Shown here piece after piece: positions 44,553-55,769 of a DNA stretch of 64,000 nt. The position numbers and the translations under genes are program-made. Below the pieces are notes generated by a model. The model saw only the letters and a list, made by a program, of their open reading frames with translations. It was not told where the DNA came from and did no database searches. How positions within the stretch are numbered: the first letter of the stretch is position 1; each line of letters begins with the position of its first letter. The DNA lies in the NCBI GenBank assembly GCA_051362555.1, contig CM120646.1, positions 21,576,001 through 21,640,000 on the forward strand. Direction: 5' to 3'. Source of the stretch: Lingula anatina (Eukaryota; Animalia; Brachiopoda).

Positions 44553-45718
44553 TAATGGAAGCACGACGTTGCTAACTTTCCAGCATGTTATTAATTTACT
44601 AGGTTAGACAGATCGGATTTATGATTGCCACCTTTCTGCGTTAAAATGGATATGATAAACACTATTTGTAGTCTTACCATTTACATTTACTGTTGACAGA
44701 CTGATGAATATATACAGAAAATATTCCGTCGAATAATGATAGTATTTAGATTGTTGGTTTAGATCAGTCTGTTTGACTCAGTGGTGAATAAATATTTACA
44801 TAGCTTAGGGTAATAGTTGACTTGCATGCTACTCACAATCTCAGTATACAACGAAGCTGACCACACAATACATGTATTAGGTGTCCCTTCAAGTAAGAAT
44901 CTGCCATTTATAATAGAAAAGAATCTAATAGAACAACATATTTGTAAATTTACAGAATACTTACAGCCCTAATGACAACAGTGTGCAAAATGATCGCTAC
45001 AGTTTTTTTTCTATTTACAACACGTTATCGTTATACATCTACTTCTAATGGGTCATTTGGTGCAATTGAAGACGAGGTCGTGAATGTATTAACAAGGGTG
45101 TGTTCGTGGCATTATCAAACCGTCAATTAATGATATATTTTCTAAGTTCCTCGTAGGCGTTTAACTTAAAATGTGATAAACACTGCACTAATGCTGAATG
45201 CGAATGTTGTGAATTCATACAAATTTTATATGAGTTGTTTGGTTCAATGTGTTAATGCATTCTAGGAAAAGTTGATGTATATTCAATTTTTAAATGTTAC
45301 AGGTTTAAACGACGTGTAATAAAAATACTTGCAGCCAACCCAATCCTGTATACCAGACTGTTCATTGATTTGTACACTCCACTGTAACATGACCGCTTTA
45401 TTGATACTAAACCTCCGCAGGCTTATTAATCGGGTCCGTGATTTATCAACTGTACAAATAAGTGATCAAGGGTTTATTGGAGATTAAATTTTACGTCATA
45501 CGTACTATTACATCATTGCGGGTGTCGGGAACAGTGCCTCTGTTTAAACACTTGCAAACAAATATTACTCAGTCAATATTAGCCTTCCTTAATGTAACAC
45601 ATAAATAGCTACAGGATATGGGGCACTTTAATTGTCAATTTTTAATAATATATATACATTCCAGTCAAAAATGACTGAGGTTGTTGCACTATACATGTAT
45701 TCCGTAAAATGATGGGGT

Positions 45719-47329
45719 TTAAAATGTGCAAATCTTTTTAAGTAAAAGCTGTGCTAGAGTCATGCCTGTATTTCCAAATGAATTTGCGAAGTTGTTGGTA
45801 TATTTATGGCGGCACACGTAATGCCAACCACACACATTGTCGTCATCACGTACCCTGGTCACGTGTTCTGCATCAATGACGTCAATGCCCAACTTTCGAA
45901 ATTTCTCATCTAACACTGTATTGCAGGCAGCCTGAATGAAATTGTTTCTATACCCGGTTGATGGACCGAACGCAGAAGCAGGAAACGCAACATTGTTCAT
46001 CCATATTATTCTGGCTTCTTTCCACGAATAATCGTCCTGCAAACGGGTAACCTCATTGAGAATGCGCATGGAAGAATTGTAGAGATAGTGCGCCCAACCG
46101 TTCATCCATAGATCCCACGATCCAGCTGATATCACAATGACGTCATTTTTCGTTTTTATGACGCCATCTTTATTTCTACTGTGACTCAAGTTAGCTAATT
46201 TATCAGCCAGTAAATCGGGAAACCCAGCAAATAAGATATTGAGTTTAGGATAGGGGCTAGGCAAGAGATCATAATGTCTATGGTAGACGACGTTACTCAT
46301 GTTAATCCCTAGTAATTCAAGATAATAATCACCTGTGTTCCGTACGTGAGAATCTCCAATGAGCGTTATAGAGGATAGTTTCTCAAAACATGAATGTATC
46401 TGGTCATCATTAAAAAATCCAAATAAACACCCATCTTGAGATCCCCACCTCCATTTGCCGCTGGGTTGTCGAAACCATCTTCCTTTCAAATAATCCTCAT
46501 TTGATACCTGATCACAAAGCCGTTTGTAATGTGACGTCACTTTTGATGTGACGTCAGCGGTGTTGTAGGCTGGAGAACTTACGTCACCTGTTTCCCACTC
46601 CGTTGTGCTCTCTTTCGGTCCTATCGTCTTGTCACTTGGGCACCAGGAATGGTCGTAGATTTTCTTAAACAGTGGTGTCATAACTTCCTGCAAGGAATGA
46701 ACCGAGTACGCCTCGAAAGCCGTGTACTGAAGATGAATTGTAATATTAGCACACTGGTTCGCGGCAGGACAGCAGGCAGTATATGTGCCATTAAAGTGAT
46801 CTATAGCTTTGCAGTGTGTCCACTCCTCGCCTTTGATTTCAATGCGAAAACTAGATCCCCCGTCAGACCATGTCCATTCTTCCTTCACCCAGTCATAGAG
46901 ATATTCACTGATTCCTATGATGATCTCTGTCTCCGTGGAAACGTAAAACACATCGTGAGCATAATTCAGTGCGTCTCTTCGGCGTTTCTTTGTAAGATTT
47001 TCCATAATTGACCACGTGGCGGGGTCTTTTTGAAGCTTGAGCACTGCATCTATACTTAGATTCACTGGTCCAATAAACTGCTGCGTTTTTAGGAAAGATT
47101 CTAACTGTGCGAATTCCGCCCGTTGAAGACTGGTACACGTGTCACGGGGCACGGGGCTATAACCGTTAGGTTTAGATTTAGGATCCGTGGCCAGCACCGT
47201 TGAGTTGGTCCGCAGTCCTGACAACGAAAAGGAAACTGAGCTGGAGGGATATTGGTGGTTCCAGTAGATGCATGTTCCAAGCAGCAGCGGCATCATAATT
47301 AACAGATAACGAAGCTGGACTTTCATCAT
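45719..47329 (-). CDS. NXPE/PC-esterase-like (SGNH-type) type II membrane protein, single coding exon
   Basis: Long uninterrupted ORF, likely start MMKVQ at 47329; N-terminal hydrophobic anchor, stem, Ig-like segment (GGSSFRI..IDHFNGTY), GRW, LIGDSHVR, SAGSWDL and C-terminal CGWHY. Confidence 0.8.
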   Translation of the reverse strand: MMKVQLRYLLIMMPLLLGTCIYWNHQYPSSSVSFSLSGLRTNSTVLATDPKSKPNGYSPVPRDTCTSLQRAEFAQLESFLKTQQFIGPVNLSIDAVLKLQKDPATWSIMENLTKKRRRDALNYAHDVFYVSTETEIIIGISEYLYDWVKEEWTWSDGGSSFRIEIKGEEWTHCKAIDHFNGTYTACCPAANQCANITIHLQYTAFEAYSVHSLQEVMTPLFKKIYDHSWCPSDKTIGPKESTTEWETGDVSSPAYNTADVTSKVTSHYKRLCDQVSNEDYLKGRWFRQPSGKWRWGSQDGCLFGFFNDDQIHSCFEKLSSITLIGDSHVRNTGDYYLELLGINMSNVVYHRHYDLLPSPYPKLNILFAGFPDLLADKLANLSHSRNKDGVIKTKNDVIVISAGSWDLWMNGWAHYLYNSSMRILNEVTRLQDDYSWKEARIIWMNNVAFPASAFGPSTGYRNNFIQAACNTVLDEKFRKLGIDVIDAEHVTRVRDDDNVCGWHYVCRHKYTNNFANSFGNTGMTLAQLLLKKICTF

Positions 47330-48165
47330 GTAGTGATAAGATCTTTGCTGGTTAGACGATATGTAACAGAATAAAATCGTTATTTGGAGAGATCGGATCT
47401 GAAAAATATCAATCTGCATTGAACATACCTACGTATGAAATTACATAACTGCAATTTTAAAGGGCGTTTTTTTTTCCAAAAAAGCTGATTTTTTTACTGT
47501 AAAGCCTCTTTGTGGTCCAAGCACCTATAACAAATTTAAAATGATTACGGACTTCCTCGTGGACACGAGTGTTTCTCTTTTCGAACCTCTAAACCTCCTC
47601 CCTACGCCTCCCTTTCATTTTCCCTCAACTTATGACAATGTAAAGGTATCAGTAACGATTGCCTGTGTAAAATAGCGTAGTGATCTAATGTAGCCTACGT
47701 TAATAATTCAACATAATCGACTCGGGAGTGCAACATACATGTAGCACGTATCATGTTATATATACGTACAGTATATGTTTTAATTGCACAGAAAATGATA
47801 TTGATAGTCAAAAGACAAGCCACTTACATGTGTATTGTATCACTGGAGAACTTTATAACCTTTATTTTGTAGTCTCCTCGTCTTCTTCGTTCAGATTTTA
47901 TAGAACGTTGTGATTCTCGTTTACAGTGCAGCGGCCCTATTAGAAAAAGAGAAAGACTTATGAAAACGTGTTGTTACTGAGATTTAACGTGTGGTCTCTA
48001 TTAGATATCCATTTGACTTTACCACATCCCAGCTGTTCAAATGTGTCCAGATTGATCGCTTATTTGATACGAAGACAGTTGCATATAAGCAAATATACAT
48101 TCACGTGAATACTTTCCATGGTCTTAAATCAAGACCAGGAAATTTACGATATCAGTAGAATTCAG

Positions 48166-48177
48166 GCCCCGGTTTCA

Positions 48178-48214
<37 letters not shown>

Positions 48215-48390
48215 AGGTTTCCTGACAAAGAACTTTTAATCAAACCATTCTAATTGAAATTACCAAAGTTACACGGTCACCTAGACACGTATCTTACCCT
48301 ATCAGGAGTAGAGTAACAGCACTCTGATGGAGATCCTAGTCAATTAAGCTAGGGAACTGACTTAACTTTTTTTGTTTGTGAAACCGGGGC
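48166..48390. mobile_element. Harbinger-type MITE with CAG TSD
   Basis: GCCCCGGTTTCACAAA ... TTTGTGAAACCGGGGC TIRs; CAG on both flanks; internal poly-A tract. Confidence 0.75.
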
Positions 48391-49258
48391 CAGTTCTTTC
48401 TAAATCGACTGAAAACGTAAGTTGTTTTTAGACTTTCGAATTTTTAGGTTGTGTGCGTATATTTCATCAGTACTTGTAATCCAGGTTGTATGAAAGGAGA
48501 GCCAAAAAAAAAAAAAAAAAAAAAAAAGCGAGTCTGTGAAAAAACATATATCATTCTGCAGTGACTGTTGTCAGCAAATTAGGACCCTTCCCCCAAAAGA
48601 TTCTTCGGAAGTCCCTATTTTTCTGAAAATAAATTTGAAAATTAACAGTCTTACAATACAAGCATGAGAAGCTGGATAATTATACGAGCTTTGGGTGAGA
48701 TACCAACTTCAGACATCTTTGAAGATTTTAAAGATTTTGAATCTCAGTATACAAGTAGCGGTGTCACTTTGTACCGTGACATAACAGAAATGTCCCATGT
48801 TTAATTGTGCGTGACGAAAACTAAAAGCATATTATTTGAAATGTTACTTAAGACACATTTATTTCATGTTTCCGTGATCCAAGTGGCATCTCTTGTACCT
48901 GCGCTTATTTTAATATTTGCTCTACACCTGCTGTTAACGAGGGGTTGGATATTCTTGTTCGCACGTGTTTTTGTTTGTTTTGTAACATGATTATGTAGGC
49001 TTGTGAATGAGTGTGTGGAAAGAAGGAGGCGGGGACTGATTTTTGGATAAATAAAAAACCCTCATTAATAAACATTCTGAAAACGAGACATTTCTGAACA
49101 TTACATCATTCGTTTTTTGATAATAACAATTCGTTTTGAATCATCAGAATCTTCTAGTTTTTATTTATGTGCATCGGAAAGACATCAAATACTTCGTGAG
49201 TTTTGTAACAATGAATTTTATGAAATAAAATAATTTCATCGTGCTGCGACGCCTCTCC

Positions 49259-49289
<31 letters not shown>

Positions 49290-50797
49290 AGCAATATATT
49301 CAACGACAGGAATGATGACATTTGACATGTGGTCAAGCCAAATAGACAAATCTCTGTTTGACTTAATTTTAAAATGCCTGGAAATGTGCGGTTTATTGCA
49401 TGCTATGGTTTAATATCTTCCTTTGTTCGTCTTTCTTCACAGCTCCGTCACATACGGTTTCCAACGGGGTCGATAACAAGCCTTCTGCAGTATATTTTGC
49501 ATCTCTTTATCACTTTTAAATCAACGTTAATACCGCTCAGTTTACAACTTAATTCGCATGCACTGAAAGCCAATTCAGGCGGAAGCACATAATTATCCAT
49601 TTGCCTGTTATATTTTCAAGATCAAAATAATACATTTGTGTCTGCATCTAGTGATAAAGGGCGTGTGAAAATAACATACTGGTTATAAAATGTGGGCCTT
49701 GACAAAAGTGTGTGCAACATCACGCGATATTTTTTAGCCAGTTTAAAAGGACCGCCCCTGTCCCATCAGGCATTACCAGCACGACGACTTTACCACAGCT
49801 CTTAAGGCGGGAATCAGGTAGGTACCGAGCGTTGTCGAAGCCGTCATAACAGTGGATTTGTTATGACTTTTTCTATCTCTCTTTTTTTTTCATTTTGATT
49901 CTTATTCTTATTTTTATATCTGCTTATCTATTCTGTTTAAATTAACGCACTGTCAAAGTTGCTGTTAAGGAATTATTTGGGTTGCGCATTGTACAAATCT
50001 CATTTGTTTTACATACAAACTCTTCTCCGCAATTATTTTATAGCTTTCTGAATCCGTGAGCCTAGCAGTTATAAATGACAATCCGTAATTCTTTCACCTA
50101 CGTACGTCAAAATATAAATAATTATTTTCAGAGTTGTTCTTCTGAAGTATAACAAGACTAAGTCGGTTGTTGTCCGGGAAGTGTAGGAAATGAAAACTTT
50201 TTTCTTTACTTGGAAATGGGACGAATTGACCCCGTTTTTATAATTTAGAAACCATAATACACAAATACCCTGTGCTATTAAATGTAATATATTTTTTCTT
50301 TCAAGCTGAGTGATGAGCAGGTGCTTATTCATGAAAATTATTGAGAGAAACTCATTATATACTTTAAACTTTTTTTTTCAAATGACAATCCCCCCTACAA
50401 TGCAGATAGCTGGACAATGCGTCTTTCAATTTATTTTTAGCAACTGAATTTTCTGGAGAACATCATGGTGCATCCCCGAGCGTGTGTTCTGATATGTCTC
50501 TTGCTGACCAGCTGGACAAACGCAGGATTTCTTGGGTTTACACAAAACTCATGTGATCTGTGCGTTGGCAACACCCTGCGTAAGCGAAATACATCGCTTT
50601 ATCCATTGACTTTATTGTTGCTATCTGTTCTGAGCATATTTTAGACTTTTGTTTAGTTATGCATCTCTGTTCGCTCTCTTATATTTTTCACTCATCCTTC
50701 AAATTACTCGATATATTTACGCTTATTTACGTGTATGTTTGTACATGATAGACCAATTCCTGAGACTACCATTCCTGCCATGCCGAATAGTCCCAAT

Positions 50798-50954
50798 GGC
50801 CCTATTCAGAATAGGGGACTAACTAGTCCGAGGGTCAAATATGGCCGACCTACCTGAATACTTCCCCACGGGTAGGACGATAGGACGGCAAGCTTTGGCG
50901 TGGATCGCCATATTTGACCCTCGGTCTAGTTAGTCCCCTATTCTGAATGGGGCC
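50798..50954. mobile_element. MITE, family B-related, ~50-bp TIRs, AT TSD
   Basis: GGCCCTATTCAGAATAGGGGACTAACTAGTCCGAGGGTCAAATATGGC and its near-perfect reverse complement; AT on both flanks. Confidence 0.8.
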
Positions 50955-52046
50955 ATTATCACACCACGGCGTGAGAGTCTATTCACTTACACTTTACCTT
51001 TCTTTATCTCCTTTCCAATTACAGGGCGGTACAGGTGTAGTCAGTTCCCCTGGTCGATCTTTTTCCCAGACTGCAGGGGCCAGTGTGGTATTATTAACCC
51101 CTGTTTCAACAACAATGCTTGTGGAGGTGCCTTCAGATGCAGGTATATATTTATAACAGTATAGAGAAAGAATCTTCACTAGTATAGGAAAGAAATATAT
51201 ATCAAATTAGTCAACCTGAGTTTTAGATGTTGTTGGAAAATCAACTCTTTGAAACCAGCGTGCCTTTGTCTTTTCGCGGGCATGTTGTTTGTGGAGATTT
51301 GAGTTTCCGGAAACCTCTGAAACTCGGTGATGCTAAGGGCTGAACAACCAAACGGAATCATCCTAGAAAGCTCAAAGTTAACGTAAACTGGGATAGGTTT
51401 TGCTGGATTTGTAGGAAGGTGGGATAAGAAATGTTTCCATACACTGCACTAGCGAATGTGGTGCGTCGCACATGTCAGAACCTAGATATTTTTTGTGATT
51501 ATCTCTTATGTAATAAATGCGCAGCAATGTTTTCACCATGTTTATTATTATTATTTTTGTATTTCATTTATTAGTAGTCGGTGGGGTATTCCTTAAGCAT
51601 TCTGAAATACAGCATTTATTTAAATAACTTTACATTGGTTAAACTTGGATGAAGAAAATCATGCTATAAATCAACAAACTTAATGGATATCACTTGCATT
51701 TCAGACAAGATTGTTTCTGTAATAAGAGGTGCGTTGGAGCCTTTCCCTTTATTGACACCCTATGTTTCTAGTGATCGGTTCGGCTGCCTTCGTCTTATGG
51801 CCTAGCGGAGGAAACATTTTCAGGTTTAGTCAAAATGTAATTGATTCGATTTCTTCCTAAAACCTGTATACCACTGTCCAAACGAAAATAGATACTTTTG
51901 TGAAATACATGCACAGTGCGTTGTTGTTATTGTAATTGCTACTAATGTTTTCAGCTGTTTTATTTTTTTAAAGATATACTGTATATGCGGTTGTTATAAA
52001 TCAGGTTTGTCATTTAAGATTGACACATATTATTCTCTTTACCTTA

Positions 52047-52288
52047 GACCCATGCATTCCCATAGCTTTTAGTTCGATCTATCCCTGTGGGGAGTCTCAC
52101 TAGATTACTGTCAGCTTAGCCGGCTTAAGCGTCCTAAAAGTCCTAATTGTCCCGCCTACTAAAAGCTGTAAGGGGGTAATTAACTATGGTGCGCGCTCGG
52201 CTGACTGCAATTTAGCGTGAACCCCCAGGGAGTTAGGTCGATCTAAATCTAAATCTCTGGATCGATCTAAATCTCTGGGAATGCACCC
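52047..52288. mobile_element. PIF/Harbinger (Tourist-like) MITE, family A, copy 3
   Basis: GCATTCCCATAG...CTCTGGGAATGC ends, TTA flanks, body homologous to 13746-13960. Confidence 0.75.
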
Positions 52289-52728
52289 TTACATTCCTTT
52301 GATAAAAGTTTTCAGTATGACCAACACGTCTGTGGATATTCAAAAAAAAAAAAAAAAAAATGATAGGTGAAAAAACAAACAAATAAACAAACGAATCCAA
52401 TTTCCTCAAAATTAGATTTCCCCACATTACTATAACTGGTCAAAAAAGGATCGCGGAACAAGAATAATTAAACAAGCCAGATAATTTGATGCTCGGCAAT
52501 TAAACTTCGTGTTCTGGGAAACACCCCGGGTTTCTACTATCACTAAAATGTTTGTCATCATATAATCTCACCAAATAAAAGCGAGGAATATTGTGTAGCC
52601 ATAAAGGTGATAAACTTTAAAAAGAATCTAACTGAACACCGTAGTTTCCCGCTGGCATTCGCAATAAAACTTTATCAAGAGTGACTCGCCGATCACGTGA
52701 TTTGCTTATCGCTATCTGTGCGGCTAAA

Positions 52729-53257
52729 AGCGCATTCCGAACAAAATGATCTGCTGACTAAATGTGGCCACTTCAAAGTGATGCCGCTTTTCCCGAAGGT
52801 CTCCCCGCCTTCACACGCGCCATTAAATGGGTAATACTCTGCTCCGAGGTTTAATACAGGGGTGGAGCCAGATTTAATTGAACGGTGGGTCCGCGGATGC
52901 AAAGCCACCCCCTCCCCCTTGGTGTTAGATTCGGGGTCCGCTGAAGGGCACTGAAAAATTTGGGTATTTAAGAGAGCGAACGATGCCACTTGGTACGGCT
53001 TAGAACTATGATTCAGCTAGTCAAAATTCTCATTTCAAGAGAGGACCATTGGTATGTTTTGTTTTTCATAAATCGAAGGGGGGGGGGTCAGGACCTCCCT
53101 CAATCCGCCTCTGTTATTGCTAGGCCCCTGCAGCGACGGCGCGTGTGGAGGCGGGGAGACCATCATGGAATTAGCAACATCGCTTTTTTGAAGTGGGGTC
53201 GGCCATATTTAGTCGGCAGGTCTGTTAGACCTGGGATCATCTGTTCCGGATACGCCC
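52729..53257. mobile_element. Family B-like MITE with a nested family C element (52857-53113)
   Basis: Outer ends GCGCATTCCGAACA..GACTAAATGTGGCC / GGCCATATTTAGTC..TGTTCCGGATACGC; inner CAGGGGTGGAGCCAG ... CTCAATCCGCCTCTG resembles 36446-36613. Confidence 0.55.
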
Positions 53258-54499
53258 AAAGCGTTTGTATTATACTCTCTCGGAACAATTAACATGAGAC
53301 CTATACACAATAACAGTATCACGCTGAAGTGGCAGATAAAAAGGTACCTTTTAATACAAGACCAAAAAGGTAGGAATTTTTTGTTTGAAAAACAGTTTGT
53401 TATTTATTTGAAAGAGTGTGTAAAGTAAAAAATAGTCATCTCACATTAAACGGACATGTCGCCACGGTGGACATAAGTCCTTGCGTAATTATATTAACAT
53501 TCAGTATTGTTAAAGCCCTTTACACATTGTGCAAAATACGTATATGTATCGCAACGTTTTGAAAGATTGACGGCCTAATAACCAGGGTATTGCATACGAA
53601 AGACATATATTTATCCGGGGCGAGAGCCTCCCAATTGACACGACCAAGCAGTAAATCTGTGAAAGGGAGCACTCCCTCTCTTTCCCCTTGGCATAATATT
53701 GCATGTTAGAATCCTTAGTCAAAACGATGCAATACAGATTAATAAACCCCATCGAGGGATAGGGACCTAACATTCCAAAAACTGAACCGTTAGATGCCAA
53801 AAATTTAATATATGAGGAGAGAATATTTAATTAAGTCAACTTTAAAATACAATTTTCTCCATTCTGATTTTATACGCATGCATCACTTTATATGTGCGTC
53901 ATTCGTCAACCTAGTTTGATACCATTATCAACATTCTGATCAAGAGCACCAAACATTGTATATACTTATCATACATTAGTTAACCTTATTATTGGTACAT
54001 TTTATCCTGTACGGGTGGAGTATTTCTTTTATTCATTTTAGAAGACCACTACATATTTTAAAAATGTACTTCGTGTCATACATATGCATTGAACCGGTAC
54101 ATGTACCAGTAAGCCCCACCAAACAATGTCTCCACTGGCAGCAATTCGAAGAGGACTGCCGTTTGTAGATAAGATAAGCACAAGTGAACAATGGGGAATT
54201 TTACGAACAGCATTGTTTGGTTGGAATGCAGGGCAATATCTGCAATTACACGTGTGTTTTCCTCACTTTGAGCGTATTTTTGGATATCAGGGCACCCCCC
54301 CCCCCTCGACAACCCTCCGCCCGTAATGATTATCATATTACCATATGTAATATTTATCAAAATATATCTCCAGGTAGAGATGGGGTAAACAGATAAACTC
54401 ACTCATTCAGGTATATATCATCATTTATCATCATTTATTTATTTACGTGTCTTGTGTTTTGAACACCCAGCCCTTCAGGCTTATAAGACACCTGTTGAG

Positions 54500-55540
54500 T
54501 ACAATTGTTCTTGTCTTTCATCAAAAATCTTAACTACAAATTTTACTAGCTGCCTCAAAATTTTCTCCATCAAATCTTCTATAGAGGTCTCATTTTCTTG
54601 GATCGTCAACTTTTAAAAAAATTATATCTTTCCTCTGTGTAAGCAGTGCACCGAAGTAAGAAATGACTCTCATCTTCTAATTCTTTTTTACATACTTGGC
54701 ATATCCTTTCATTTAAAGGTGTATTTGTATACCGTCCAGTTTCCACATGCAGAGGCAAAATGCCCATCCGAAATTGAGTAAAAATTGATTTTTCTTTTCT
54801 ATTTAAATCTAGGTGTAAATATTTTTCAGTTTTCAATTCTTTTTTAAATGTCATATATGTTCGAAGTTTGGGAAATTTCAAAATGTCTTTTTTCCATTTA
54901 ATTTGAAATTTTTCATAAAAGAGTTGTAATGTATTCTATATCCACAATTTGTTTGTTCAAAAAATGGGTTTCCATATTACAGAATTTGAGTATCTCTCTT
55001 ACCTCGGAGCACCAATTTTTCTCCCAATTTATAATCTTCTAAAAAATCTGTTTCACAAGTCTTTCATTTTGGGCAAGTATTAAATTGTTCCAAAGTCTAA
55101 GTATGTTCAACCACCTATTAAATTTTAATGGTATCCAACCTGAGTCACCATACATACTAATTTTTGGTGTAAATCGGTGTACTCCTAAATAGCATTGAAC
55201 ATAACATTTCACAGGTTTCACTTTCTGGAAATCCCCGAACCCCCGACCCATATTCTAAAATTGGAGTCACACAACTGTTAAACAATTTTTGGTAAGTGGA
55301 GAATCCCATTTAATTTGACCAACCTTTTTTGATTTTGCTATTATCAAACCCAGTGCTCTAGTTGCTGATTCAGACAAAAGTTTAGTATTATATTGGAAAT
55401 CTAAAAATTCTTCGACATAAACCCCCAGATATTTATACTTATCAACCCATTCTATATGGTGACCTCCAAAATATACAAAATCTACAGCACATTCTCTATG
55501 TCTTGGTCTATAATGTACACATTTTGTCTTCTCCATTTGC
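54500..55540 (-). mobile_element. 3' fragment of a non-LTR retrotransposon ORF2 (L2/Crack/Daphne-like), frameshifted
   Basis: KTK..V.KYKYLGV; YLGVHRFTP...GDSGW; KLRTY..FK..EKYL..FRMGILPLHVETGRY..RICQVC..EDESHFLLRC..Y..R, spread over three broken frames. Confidence 0.8.
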
Positions 55541-55769
55541 TACACCACTAGTCCATTCAGGTATATGAATGCATTTCTTCCATGAAAAACTTCCATGATA
55601 AGATGTAATAAGTTGTTACAAATGAAAATCAAGCCCCTGCTCAAAGCGATCCTTTTGTTTGATGTGTCCCATGCTTTACTATCATATCGTTGCAGATATG
55701 TACAACTAGTATAGTGGCCCCTTTAAATTTGCTGGGCGCTTGTCAAGCTACATGTTACATGCGGCAGCC

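Noticed and set aside
47330-47419. Upstream 30 codons of the 566-aa ORF
   Set aside because: Contains a TTTTTCAG acceptor-like site near 47398, so it is probably intron or UTR; MMKVQ before the hydrophobic anchor is the more plausible start.
48179-48211. Long poly-A runs here and at ~10015, ~28840, ~37110 as retroposition tails
   Set aside because: No paired TSDs or upstream retro body at these sites; homopolymer expansion or read error is equally likely.
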